A DNA stretch of 64,000 bases from Actinomycetota bacterium (lineage in GTDB: Bacteria > Actinomycetota > Actinomycetes > S36-B12). The stretch's first letter is position 1; the number at the start of each line of letters is the position of its first letter. Location of the stretch: positions 65,343 to 129,342 of the forward strand of contig VGBL01000002.1 of assembly GCA_016870515.1 (NCBI GenBank). Direction: 5' to 3'. Under the pieces are notes generated by a model. That model was given only the letters and a program-made list of their open reading frames with translations, searched no databases and was not told the DNA's origin. The translations under genes and the position numbers were made by a program. Positions 19,377 through 28,724 of the stretch are shown here, in pieces.

Positions 19377-19404
19377 TAGTGACATAATGTGCATTATCGG
19401 CGTA
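19377..19404 (-). other. dif: dif-like XerCD recombination site (probable chromosome terminus)
   Basis: Minus strand reads TACGCCGATAA-TGCACA-TTATGTCACTA (11-6-11). It is an AT-rich intergenic patch closely resembling actinobacterial dif as I recall it (..GCCGATAA TGCACA TTATGTCA..). It lies at the + to - gene-orientation switch. Confidence 0.85.
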
Positions 19405-19417
19405 ATCCCGCGAGGGA

Positions 19418-20842
19418 TCAGGAGCGCAGTGCCTCGGCCAACTCGGCGAACTCGTCGGTGAGCACGGCCATGTCGGCGGGCGTGTGGGCCAGCGACACCA
19501 GCCACTGCTCATCGAGCCCGGGCGGGGTCAGCACGCCGCGGTTGACGCCCCAGAGCCAGCTGAGCTCGGCCGCACCGAAATCGGTGCGCTTGTAGTCGCG
19601 GTAGTTGCGCACGGGCGTGGCCGACCACGTGATGGCCCCCTTCACCCCGAACCCGACAGTGTGGGCCGGCAGGCTGTAGCGCCGGATCGTCTCGTCGGCG
19701 GCTGCCAGGGCGATGTCGTTGACCTCCTCGGCGCGCTCTAGCGCCTCCTGGGTGCACACCTGGTCGACCGCGGCCGCTGCCGCCATCACCAGGGGGTTAC
19801 CGTTATAGGTGCCGAAGTGCGGCATGCGCCCGTCGATGACCACCTCCATGACCTCGCCCCTGCCACCGAACGCCGCAAGCGGCAGGCCGCCGCCGATGCT
19901 CTTGGCAAGAGTGACCAGGTCGGGGGCGACTCCCAGTCGCTGGGCAGCGCCGCCGTACCCGGCAGTGAGCCCGGTCTTGACCTCGTCGAAGACCAGGAGG
20001 GCGCCGTGGGCATCGCACAGTGCGCGCACGCCCGGGAGGTAGCCCTCGTCCGGCACGACGATCGAGACGTTCTCCAGCACCGGCTCCATGACGACGGCAG
20101 CGATCTCGCGGCCATGCTCGTCGAGCAGTTGGGCCAGGCGCTCCAGGTTGTTGTAGGGGACCGGATAGACGGTGCCTGCCTCGACCTCGAAGGGCACGAC
20201 AGCCACCGGTGCATCCTCAGGCCCGGCCTCGTCGAGGGCCGGCTTCACCGACACCGATAGCGCGTCGTAACCACCGTGGTAACCGCCTTCGATCTTGATG
20301 ATCGCCTTGCGACCGGTGAACGCGCGTGCCGCGCGCACGGCGTACATGGTCGCTTCGGTACCGGAGTTGGCAAAGCGGATCATGTCGAGGTCGAAGCGAC
20401 GGCAGAAGCGCTCGGCCATCTGGGAGGCGGTCGGTGACGGTGTCACGAACAGCGTGCCGGTCTCCATCGCCTTGGTCACCGCGGCTACAACGGTCGGGTT
20501 GAGGTGACCGACGAGCATGGCACCGAAGCCCATCGACAGGTCGAGCAACCTGCGTCCGTCGACATCGGTGAGCCAGGCCCCCTGGGCGGACTCCACGGCG
20601 ATCGGATACGGATCCCAGTGCTGGAAGGACGACGGCACGCCCAACGGCAGTGTTGTCTTGGAACGTGCGTTGAGCGCTCCGGATTGGGGCGTGCCCCCCG
20701 AGAATCGCTCCCACTCGGCTGCGAGCAGGGCCTGGATGCGCGCGGGGTCCAGGGGCATTGACTCCGTGGGCACGTGTCGCCAGGTCGCCGGATCGTTCGG
20801 CGGCCAGGTGACCGGATTCGGGATTGCGGTCTGGATGCTCAT
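19418..20842 (-). CDS. class III PLP aminotransferase (glutamate-1-semialdehyde aminomutase-like paralog)
   Basis: NSGTEATM, EGGYHG, FDEVKTG, LAKSIGGGLP and GTYNGNP. ATG 20842 follows a GGAG SD. Confidence 0.88.
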   Translation of the reverse strand: MSIQTAIPNPVTWPPNDPATWRHVPTESMPLDPARIQALLAAEWERFSGGTPQSGALNARSKTTLPLGVPSSFQHWDPYPIAVESAQGAWLTDVDGRRLLDLSMGFGAMLVGHLNPTVVAAVTKAMETGTLFVTPSPTASQMAERFCRRFDLDMIRFANSGTEATMYAVRAARAFTGRKAIIKIEGGYHGGYDALSVSVKPALDEAGPEDAPVAVVPFEVEAGTVYPVPYNNLERLAQLLDEHGREIAAVVMEPVLENVSIVVPDEGYLPGVRALCDAHGALLVFDEVKTGLTAGYGGAAQRLGVAPDLVTLAKSIGGGLPLAAFGGRGEVMEVVIDGRMPHFGTYNGNPLVMAAAAAVDQVCTQEALERAEEVNDIALAAADETIRRYSLPAHTVGFGVKGAITWSATPVRNYRDYKRTDFGAAELSWLWGVNRGVLTPPGLDEQWLVSLAHTPADMAVLTDEFAELAEALRS

Positions 20843-20922
20843 GGGCCCTCGCTCCACTGGGTGATTCCCTGATCGTAGCCCTGGCCTTCGCCCCACCACC
20901 GCCCTGATCGGACACTGGGCCC

Positions 20923-21648
20923 ATGCATCGGCAGTTCCGCGCCTACGCGCACCGGGGCGGGTCGGACGTCGCCCCCGAGAACTCCCCCTCCGCCTTCGCC
21001 GCGGCCGTGAGCCTCGGATATCGCTGGCTCGAGACCGACCTGCGGGCCACCAGCGATGGCGTCGCCGTGGTGCACCACGACCCCGTGCTCGACCGCACCA
21101 CCGACATGGCGGGGCGGGTAGTCGAGCGCACCTGGAACGACGTCCGCCGGGCCAGGTTCAGCAACGGCGAGGGGCCCCTGCGTCTTGAGGAACTGCTGGC
21201 CGCGTATCCCGACGTGTCGATCAACCTCGACCTCAAGGAGGGGGCTGTCGTAGCCCCCGCACTCGACGCCCTTCACCGTGCAGGCGCCTGGCACCGGGTG
21301 TGCTTGACGTCGTTTTCGACGCGGCGACTTCGCGCAGCACGTCGCTGGGCTCCCCGCCTCGTCGAGACCTCGGCCAGTCCCGCCGAGGTGCTCCTGCAGC
21401 GCACCACTCCCCCGCGGCTGCTCCGCTGGCGTGAGGCCGGCCCAGCACGACTCCAGGTACCCGCCCGCTTCGTGACCCACGCCTATCTCAAGCGCGCACA
21501 CGCCCAGTCGCTGCCCGTCGATGCCTGGACCGTCAACGAACCCGCCGTCATGGTTCGGCTCGTCCGGATGGGGGTTGACGGGATCATGACCGACGCCCCG
21601 GCCCTGCTCCGCGACATCCTGCGATCCCATGGTCTCTGGTCGCCCTGA
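20923..21648 (+). CDS. glycerophosphodiester phosphodiesterase family protein
   Basis: AHRGG, PENS, ETD..TSDG..VV.HD, WTVN and GVDGIMTD. Confidence 0.93.
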   Translation: MHRQFRAYAHRGGSDVAPENSPSAFAAAVSLGYRWLETDLRATSDGVAVVHHDPVLDRTTDMAGRVVERTWNDVRRARFSNGEGPLRLEELLAAYPDVSINLDLKEGAVVAPALDALHRAGAWHRVCLTSFSTRRLRAARRWAPRLVETSASPAEVLLQRTTPPRLLRWREAGPARLQVPARFVTHAYLKRAHAQSLPVDAWTVNEPAVMVRLVRMGVDGIMTDAPALLRDILRSHGLWSP

Positions 21649-21651
21649 CGA

Positions 21652-21667
21652 TCGAACACCTGTACGA
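21652..21667 (+). promoter_or_regulatory. LexA (SOS) box-like operator overlapping a TACGAT -10
   Basis: TCGAAC-ACCT-GTACGA, one mismatch to the actinobacterial TCGAAC-N4-GTTCGA consensus. Intergenic, upstream of rbpA. Confidence 0.6.
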
Positions 21668-21685
21668 TAGGGGGACGGAACCGTG

Positions 21686-21712
21686 GGAACGTTGCGGCCG
21701 TCAGATGCGTTG
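21686..21712 (+). promoter_or_regulatory. SigR/SigH-type ECF promoter of rbpA
   Basis: GGAAC-N17-CGTTG. rbpA is an established SigR target in Streptomyces. Confidence 0.75.
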
Positions 21713-21748
21713 TAGGTGGCACAGACCGCACTCCATGGGAGGTGGGCC

Positions 21749-22093
21749 ATGTCGGAAGGCAGCCTGAGAGGTTCGCGTCTTGGCGCGACCAGTTATGAGA
21801 ACGACGAGCACGTCACTCCTGCCGAGCGCTTGGTCGTGGTCTACGACTGCCCCCACAACCATGTCACCACGGTGCCCTTCTCCGCCGAGGCCGAGCAGGT
21901 TCCGGTGCTGTGGGAGTGCCGTTGCGGAGCCGAGGCACTGCGGCGTTCAGCGTCGCGCCCCGATGACAAGCCCGGTCGCCATGTGCGCACCCATTGGGAC
22001 ATGCTGATGGAACGTCGCACTATCGACGATCTCGAGGAGCTCCTCGACGAGCGGCTCGACCTGCTGCGCAGCGGCCGCCGTCAGTCAGCCTGA
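21749..22093 (+). CDS. rbpA: RNA polymerase-binding protein RbpA
   Basis: LRGSRLGATSYE, YDCP..H, F..EAE..P..WEC..C and RTHWDML.ERRT..DLEELL.ERL. ATG 21749 follows GGGAGGT. Confidence 0.96.
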   Translation: MSEGSLRGSRLGATSYENDEHVTPAERLVVVYDCPHNHVTTVPFSAEAEQVPVLWECRCGAEALRRSASRPDDKPGRHVRTHWDMLMERRTIDDLEELLDERLDLLRSGRRQSA

Positions 22094-22527
22094 CCGCTGA
22101 GCCCACGACGCATCGCACGCTCAAGACGACCCGCGATCAGCGCGCGCACGGGTGGGAACAGCATGACCAGCCCTCCGGCGGTCGTCAAAAACCCGGGCAC
22201 GGCGATGAGGAGTCCGGCTGGCACCAGCAGCGACGTCTGAGCCGGTGGCCTCTCCCGGCGAGCGGGCGCCTGCGCGCCGGACGTGATGGCGAGCACCTGC
22301 CCGTCTGCCTCGTTCGGTGGGCGCCATGTCGACAGTGCCGCCGACCATGCCTGACCGGTGGCCGTCAGCGCATAGCGAACGACACCCAGCCCGAGGGTGA
22401 GGAACGCCACGAAAGCGACGAACACCCACCACCAACCCACGATCGAGGCAAGCCAGGCAGCGATTGCGAGTTCCACGAGCGGATACGCGACGAGCGCTAC
22501 GCAGCCCCATCGGGCCCGCATGCTCAT
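22081..22527 (-). CDS. fxsA: FxsA family membrane protein
   Basis: P.VE.AI and G.L...PGFLT..G..LFPP.R motifs; conserved rbpA-fxsA-ppm1-lnt synteny. ATG overlaps the ppm1 stop. Confidence 0.8.
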   Translation of the reverse strand: MSMRARWGCVALVAYPLVELAIAAWLASIVGWWWVFVAFVAFLTLGLGVVRYALTATGQAWSAALSTWRPPNEADGQVLAITSGAQAPARRERPPAQTSLLVPAGLLIAVPGFLTTAGGLVMLFPPVRALIAGRLERAMRRGLSGQAD

Positions 22528-23270
22528 CGGCGTCGAGGCTGGCCGATGATCTGTCGCCAGCGCTCCTGCACGCCCCACTGACCCACCTTGGTCAATGCCT
22601 CCAGCACGATCCGGTTGCTCATCTTGGAGGTGCCCGACTCGCGCTCGACGAAGGTGATGGGGACCTCGCGCACCACCTTGCCGCGCTGCAGCGCCCGCCA
22701 CAGCATGTCGACCTGGAAGCAGTAGCCATTTGACTGGACCGACGCCAGGTCGAGATCGCGCAGTGTCTGCGCGCGAAAGGCTCGGTATCCCCCGGTGGCA
22801 TCCCTGGTGCGTATGCCGAGCGCCAGCCTGGTGTATAGGCTCCCGCCACGCGAGAGTGCCTCGCGCGAGCGCGGCCAGTTGACGACCGCGCCTCCGGCTA
22901 CCCAGCGCGACCCCAGCACGAGATCGGCGTGTGGAACGGCGTCCAGGAGTCGGGGCAACTCCTCCGGTCGATGGGATCCATCGGCATCCATCTCGACCAG
23001 GACGTCGTAGTCGCGCTCCAGACCCCATGCGAAGCCGGCGAGATAGGCGCGGCCAAGGCCCTCCTTGCCCGGGCGGTGGAGCACGTGCACTTGACGGTCC
23101 TGCGCGGCGATCTCGTCGGCGAGCTGGCCCGTGCCATCGGGGGAATTGTCGTCGGCGATGAGTACGTCGGCGTGGGGCACCGCCTCGCGCACTCGCCGCA
23201 CGATCAGCGGCAGGTTGTCGGCCTCATTGTAAGTCGGGGTGATGACGAGCACCCTGCCGACGTCAGCCAC
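22524..23270 (-). CDS. ppm1: polyprenol-monophosphomannose synthase (GT2)
   Basis: [29 protein letters not shown] and GSRWV. Follows lnt. Confidence 0.92.
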   Translation of the reverse strand: MADVGRVLVITPTYNEADNLPLIVRRVREAVPHADVLIADDNSPDGTGQLADEIAAQDRQVHVLHRPGKEGLGRAYLAGFAWGLERDYDVLVEMDADGSHRPEELPRLLDAVPHADLVLGSRWVAGGAVVNWPRSREALSRGGSLYTRLALGIRTRDATGGYRAFRAQTLRDLDLASVQSNGYCFQVDMLWRALQRGKVVREVPITFVERESGTSKMSNRIVLEALTKVGQWGVQERWRQIIGQPRRR

Positions 23271-23280
23271 GACGTCGAGC

Positions 23281-24849
23281 CTAGATTGCCTCTCCTCTCC
23301 TCGTCCCACTCCCCCGGTGCCGGGTGAGCGCGAAGCCGACGGCCAGTACGGCGACGCCGGCGAGCGCCCACTCGGGGATAGCACCGAGGCGATCGGCAAC
23401 CGTGAGCGAGTCCCTCAGCTGGATCACCTCGACGAGCGAGCCCACGTCTGCCTCGGCGATCTCGGAGATAACCGATCCATCAGGACTGATTACCGCGCTG
23501 ATTCCTGTCGTAGCGGCCACGAGGATCGCTCGACCGTGCTCGATGGCCCTCAGCCTTGACATGGCAACCTGTTGCTCGGGCTGACCCAGGCCCGCAAAGG
23601 TGGCGTTGTTGGTCTGCACGACGAGAACGCGACCACCGGCCACCACGGCATCGCGCACGATGTCGTCGTAGGCGATCTCGAAGCAGATGACATCGCCAAC
23701 CCGCGCCGGTCCCACTTGCAGGACGCCAGCCTGCTGTCCCGCGGCCATGTCTCGGCTGAGGCGATCCAGGCGCCCCACCAGGGGCGCGATGAGCGGGCGC
23801 AATGGCACGAATTCGCCGAAAGGGACGGGGTGCCTCTTGATGTAGAGGTCAGCGGGCCCCGAGTCAGGCGACCAGACGATGCCAACGTTCGCGATGCGCG
23901 ACGGATCTCCGGGAGCCTCGATGATCGCGCCGACCAGAATGGGAGCCCGCACCGCGCGCGCAACAGTGGTCAGCGACGTCGCCACATCGGGATCGACGTA
24001 GGGATCGATATCGACGGCGTTTTCGGGCCAAACGACGAAGTCCGGCTGCGGGGCTACCCCGGCACGCACCTCCTCGGCCAGGGCATCGGTCTGACCCAGG
24101 TGACGAGTCAGCACCTCCCGACGATCATCCGACACGGAGATGCCGATGTTGGGCACTCCGCCCTGGATCACGGCGGCCGTGGCCTGCGCTGGGCCCTGGG
24201 ACGATTGACCATCGACCGGGCGGGGAATGCAGATCCCGGCGAGCCCGAGCATGACCAGGCCACCGAGGGTGACGGCCACCCAGCGGCGCCAATCGGTGCC
24301 TCGACCCACGACAACGACGACCGCGTAGGCCAGAACGCAGCCGGCAAGGGCCGTGACGAAAGTCACCAGGGCGGCCCCGCCGATGGCCGCCCACGGCGTT
24401 AGCGTCGTCGCGGTCTGCGTGAACGCGAGGCGTCCCCAGGGAAACCCCCCGAGCGGAATCCGATCGCGCAACGCCTCCTGGGCCACCCACAGGCACGCGA
24501 CCCATAGCGGCCACCACCGCATGCGCGTGACGAGTGCAGATGCCCAACCGAGGAGCGCCATCCATCCGGCGCAGAGTGCGACGAGGAGGATCCAGGCATC
24601 GGTGCCAACCACAGAGAGCCAGCGCAGCATGATGCCGAAGCACATCAAGCCCTGCATCTCACCGAGTACAGCTCCCCATCCGGCACGCGCGCGATAGGTG
24701 GCGAGGGCAAGCCCGGCCACCGCCACAGGCGCGAGCACCGACGCCCCGACCGGAGGAAAGGCCAATGCGAGGAGAACACCGGAAGACAGGGCAAGGACAG
24801 CGCGCGCCCAGGCGGGGACGGACATGGGGGTGGGACGCACGTAACTCAC
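23281..24849 (-). CDS. lnt: apolipoprotein N-acyltransferase
   Basis: [31 protein letters not shown] and RAIE. Start at GTG 24849 or a nearby ATG. Confidence 0.95.
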   Translation of the reverse strand: MSYVRPTPMSVPAWARAVLALSSGVLLALAFPPVGASVLAPVAVAGLALATYRARAGWGAVLGEMQGLMCFGIMLRWLSVVGTDAWILLVALCAGWMALLGWASALVTRMRWWPLWVACLWVAQEALRDRIPLGGFPWGRLAFTQTATTLTPWAAIGGAALVTFVTALAGCVLAYAVVVVVGRGTDWRRWVAVTLGGLVMLGLAGICIPRPVDGQSSQGPAQATAAVIQGGVPNIGISVSDDRREVLTRHLGQTDALAEEVRAGVAPQPDFVVWPENAVDIDPYVDPDVATSLTTVARAVRAPILVGAIIEAPGDPSRIANVGIVWSPDSGPADLYIKRHPVPFGEFVPLRPLIAPLVGRLDRLSRDMAAGQQAGVLQVGPARVGDVICFEIAYDDIVRDAVVAGGRVLVVQTNNATFAGLGQPEQQVAMSRLRAIEHGRAILVAATTGISAVISPDGSVISEIAEADVGSLVEVIQLRDSLTVADRLGAIPEWALAGVAVLAVGFALTRHRGSGTRRGEAI

Positions 24850-25498
24850 CCAAGGGCTCCCGAGTCGTGGATCACGTTTCCGCGCCGCACGGTGCGCCAG
24901 CACTGCGAAAGGGCCCGTCCGGGAGACTGGTCGGGTTGTGCCGCACCGAGGCGCACCGCGTACGTTCCGGACGGCCCACCCCATTCGGCGTCAAAGCCCG
25001 GCTGCACGCTTGCGATGATCCCGGGCCGCGCCATTGCGGCAATCTGTTCGTCGTCCGGCATCGGCACGTGCTCCAGGCGCGGGCGTGACCGGATGATGGC
25101 GTCGTCCCCCACCTGCTGTGCAGCGTCCGAGAAGCCACCCATGACGATGTCATGGCCGCCATCGCCGATCACGTGAAATCCCGACTGCCTGCCGCGGCGC
25201 GCTGCCTCCGTGACACGATGCGCGACCTGGCCCCTGTCCAGGTAGGAGCGGCCGGATGCTGCGCTGTCATCGGCGTAGGGCTGGTGCAGGCACGCGGTAT
25301 GCGACCCCAGCGATGCGGCGCGCTGGTAGGTGGCGCGCTGGGCGCTAGCGCGATGACCTCATCGGCATTGGCCTCATGCATGCTGGCTCCGGAGTCGACG
25401 CCAATCCAGGCGAATACCCCATTTACGATAACCATCGCGCTGGCGAAAGGCTCGCTGGCGCTACAGCTAGAGCCGCCGAACATGACCTGGGTGGCCAC
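24846..25498 (-). pseudogene. degraded YtcJ-like amidohydrolase (internal deletions and frameshifts)
   Basis: Motif fragments in different frames: PFASAM...G.FAWIG...ADEVI, LGSHTACLHQPYAD, GFHVIGD, RLEH and ASVQP.FD..WGG..G.Y..RLG. Only about 650 bp versus about 1.5 kb expected. Confidence 0.8.
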
Positions 25499-25503
25499 GC
25501 CGG

Positions 25504-26655
25504 CTACCTGGTGAGGTCCCTGCCGATGACTATGCGCTGCACCTGATTGGTCCCCTCGACGATCTGCAGCACCTTGGCCTCGCGGAAGTACCTCTCGACC
25601 GGGAAGTCGCGGGTATAGCCGTGGCCTCCGTGAATCTGGACAGCATCGGTGGTGATCCGCATCGCCGCATCCGTCGCGAAGAGCTTTGCCATCGCGGCCT
25701 CACGGGAGTAGGTGAGGCCGGCATCCTTGCGCCGCGCCGCATCGAGGTAGAGCCCCCGCGCGGCGGACACTTGGGTGGCCATATCGGCCAGCATGAACTG
25801 GATCCCCTGGACTTCGGAGATGGGACGCCCGAACTGCTGCCTCTGTCGGGCATAGGAGACGGACGCGTCGAGCGCTGCTTGCGCTAGCCCGACCGCACAG
25901 GCGGCTATGCCCAGACGTCCAGCATCGAGGGCGGATAGGGCAATGGGGAAGCCGGTGCCCTCATCGCCGATGCGCCGACCGACGGGCACGCGTACGCCGT
26001 CCAGGATCATCGCGGCGGTACGGGAGGCGTTGGCACCCATCTTGCGTTCGGGAGGGGCGCTGCAGAGCCCGGGTGAATCCGCCGGCACCAGCAGGCAGCT
26101 GATCCCGCGGTGCCCGTTATCGGATGTGCGCACCATGACCGAGTAGAAGTCAGCGACTCCCCCGTGCGTGATCCACGCCTTCGTGCCGCTGACGACGTAG
26201 GTGTCGCCATCGAGCTGGGCCCTGGTAGCGAGTGCGGCAGCATCGGACCCCGACTGCGGCTCCGACAGGCAGTAGGCACCCAAGGCCTCGCCGGACAGCA
26301 TGAAAGGCAGCCACTCGTCCTGCTGGGCTCGCGTGCCAGCCACCGCGACCGGATAGGTGGCCAGGCCGTGCACGCTCACGCTGATGCCGACGCTCAGCCA
26401 TGCGCGGGATATCTCCTCGAGAACCTGGAGGTAGACGGCGTAGGGCTGGCCGCCGCCGCCGAACTCCTCGGGAAATGGCAGCGACATCAGGCCGGCCGAG
26501 CCGAGCAAGCGCAAGACGTCGCGGGGGAAACGTGCGGCCTCTTCATCGATGTCCGCCCGCGGCAGCAGCTCGCCCGCTGCGATCTCGCGGGTCAGGCCCA
26601 GGAGGTCAGCCGCCTTCGGTGTGGGGAGCGAACGTTCGATCAGCGTGAGGGTCAC
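25504..26655 (-). CDS. acyl-CoA dehydrogenase
   Basis: AYCLSEPQSGSDAA, GTKAWIT, RQQFG, AVQIHGG.GY and QIVEGTNQVQR. Confidence 0.95.
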   Translation of the reverse strand: MTLTLIERSLPTPKAADLLGLTREIAAGELLPRADIDEEAARFPRDVLRLLGSAGLMSLPFPEEFGGGGQPYAVYLQVLEEISRAWLSVGISVSVHGLATYPVAVAGTRAQQDEWLPFMLSGEALGAYCLSEPQSGSDAAALATRAQLDGDTYVVSGTKAWITHGGVADFYSVMVRTSDNGHRGISCLLVPADSPGLCSAPPERKMGANASRTAAMILDGVRVPVGRRIGDEGTGFPIALSALDAGRLGIAACAVGLAQAALDASVSYARQRQQFGRPISEVQGIQFMLADMATQVSAARGLYLDAARRKDAGLTYSREAAMAKLFATDAAMRITTDAVQIHGGHGYTRDFPVERYFREAKVLQIVEGTNQVQRIVIGRDLTR

Positions 26656-27761
26656 GGTTCGACCATGACGAGGTCACGCGGGCGCGCATTGAGCACCTGC
26701 GCTCCGTCGGGACCGCAAACGACGATGTCCTCGATACGGGCTCCAAAGCGTCCCGGGACGTAGAAGCCGGGCTCGATACTGAACGCCATGCCGGGCTCGA
26801 GGGGTCGGACGTTGCCCGCGACGATGTAGGGCTCCTCGTGAGTCTGCAGCCCGATCCCATGGCCCGTGCGGTGGATGAAGTACTCCCCCAGGCCAGCATC
26901 CACCAGCGAGGTTCGCGCGGCGTCATCGATGGTCTCGCACGGCACACCCGGCCTTACCGCCTTGGTCGCGGCCGCCTGAGAGGCCTGCAGGGCCGCATAG
27001 GCCGCGCGGTACTCGTCACCGGGATCCCCCAGGGCATAGGTGCGAGTCTCGTCGCTGCAGTAGCCCTGGTCGGTAGTCCCACCGATGTCGACCACGATGG
27101 CATCACCGACCTGCAGTCGTCGACCGGATACCTCGTGGTGCGGACTTGCACCGTTGGGGCCGGAAGCCACGATGATGAAATCAGCTCGCACATGGCCCTC
27201 CGAGACGATCAGCTCGGCGATGTCACGACCGATCTCTTGCTCAGAGCGCCCGCGGCAGAGGAGTCCGGGGACCGCCGCGTGGACGCGATCGATGGCATCG
27301 GCAGCTGCCTGCAGCGCCTGCACTTCGTGGGGGCTCTTGCGCATTCGCATCTCATTGACGACGCGGCCCGCCGTGACCTGGTCGACGCCGGGCATCGCGT
27401 CGCGAAGGCCGAGGACCTTGGCGGCCCACATGTGGTCGTCAACCGCCACGCGACGCGATGCGTTGGCGATCGAGGCCACGAGCGCATAGGGATCATCGGT
27501 CTCGCCCCACGTCGCAATATCGATCCCGAGGGCACCGGCCGGGCTCGCCTCGGCTGCCGCCCGTTCGAGGGCCGGGGCCACGAGGACCGGGGTGCCACCG
27601 GGTCGGATCACCAGGCAGGTCAATCGCTCGAGCGGGACCGCGTCGTAGCCAATGAGGTAGCGCAGGTCGGGCCCCGGAGTGACGAGAACGGCATCGAACT
27701 GCGCCTGCTCCGCCGCGACCGAAGCCACGGCCAAGCGCTCGGCGAAGTCACAGGTCAGCAT
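26652..27761 (-). CDS. Xaa-Pro peptidase, M24 family
   Basis: SPHH, VVDIGG, SDETRT, HRTGHGIG..HEEP, SIEPG and RIED. Confidence 0.95.
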   Translation of the reverse strand: MLTCDFAERLAVASVAAEQAQFDAVLVTPGPDLRYLIGYDAVPLERLTCLVIRPGGTPVLVAPALERAAAEASPAGALGIDIATWGETDDPYALVASIANASRRVAVDDHMWAAKVLGLRDAMPGVDQVTAGRVVNEMRMRKSPHEVQALQAAADAIDRVHAAVPGLLCRGRSEQEIGRDIAELIVSEGHVRADFIIVASGPNGASPHHEVSGRRLQVGDAIVVDIGGTTDQGYCSDETRTYALGDPGDEYRAAYAALQASQAAATKAVRPGVPCETIDDAARTSLVDAGLGEYFIHRTGHGIGLQTHEEPYIVAGNVRPLEPGMAFSIEPGFYVPGRFGARIEDIVVCGPDGAQVLNARPRDLVMVEP

Positions 27762-27815
27762 GCGATCACCTTACCCCCTCGGCAGCGCGTGTGGCACAGT
27801 GCGCAACGATGAGGC

Positions 27816-28724
27816 GTGCCCGCCCTGCTCCTGGACAGCGCGTCCCTGTACTACCGCTCCTATTTCGCGCTACCCGAATCGATCGTCGGACCTGACGGGC
27901 AGCCGGTCAACGCGGTACGCGGGTTCCTGGAAACCGTGACCGCCCTCGTCCGAGATCGCGGCTCCCGCCAGGTCGTGGCCTGCTGGGATTATGACTGGCG
28001 TCCTCAGTGGCGCGTTGACCTGCTGCCGTCTTACAAGACCCATCGCGTGCTCGAGGAGTCCGACGAGGCGGAGGAGGAAACTCCCGACACGCTGGGCCCC
28101 CAGATCGACATCCTTCGCGATCTGCTTCCGCGACTGGGGATCCCCGTGGTCGGCGACGAGGGATTCGAGGCCGACGATGTGATCGCCGCCTTTGCCCATC
28201 AGCTGGACGGTGCGGTCGATATCGCCTCGGGCGACCGAGACCTCGTGCAACTCGTCGACGAGCGGGTCACGCTCCTGTACACCGGCGGCACGTCCGCGAG
28301 TCGGGGCGGGCGGCCCTGGCAGGTGTTGACTCCGCAGAGCGCCCTTGAGCGATTCAAAGTGCCCGCCCGGCTGTATGCCGACTTTGCGATCCTACGTGGC
28401 GATCCCAGCGACGGCCTGCCGGGCGTTCGCGGCATCGGCGACAAGACCGCCGCAGCACTCGTCAGCGCATTCGGAGACGTCGAGGCCATCATCGCCGCAG
28501 CCGTCGATCCCTCATCCCCAAAGCCGATGACGTCAGTCCTACGCCAGCGACTGCTCGACGCCCAGGACGACATTCGGCTGGCCGAGCGTGTGGTGAGACT
28601 TCAGCCCGACCCTCGTTGGCGCGAGCATGAGCCCCACCGGGAGATCTCACGGGACGCGATCGACGTGGCGGAAGCCTACGGTGTCGGACCCGCCACTCGG
28701 CGATTGCTCGAGGTGCTCACGTGA
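27816..28724 (+). CDS. stand-alone 5'-3' exonuclease/flap endonuclease
   Basis: LLDSASLYYRSY, PVNAVRG, YK.HR, EADDVI, GDRDL.QL and RGDPSDGLPGV.GIG.KTA. Confidence 0.95.
   Translation: MPALLLDSASLYYRSYFALPESIVGPDGQPVNAVRGFLETVTALVRDRGSRQVVACWDYDWRPQWRVDLLPSYKTHRVLEESDEAEEETPDTLGPQIDILRDLLPRLGIPVVGDEGFEADDVIAAFAHQLDGAVDIASGDRDLVQLVDERVTLLYTGGTSASRGGRPWQVLTPQSALERFKVPARLYADFAILRGDPSDGLPGVRGIGDKTAAALVSAFGDVEAIIAAAVDPSSPKPMTSVLRQRLLDAQDDIRLAERVVRLQPDPRWREHEPHREISRDAIDVAEAYGVGPATRRLLEVLT

Noticed and set aside
27762-27815. PafBC-type promoter (TGTCGG-N10-TAnnnT) ahead of the exonuclease, helY or photolyase
   Set aside because: No matching motif found by eye at these starts.
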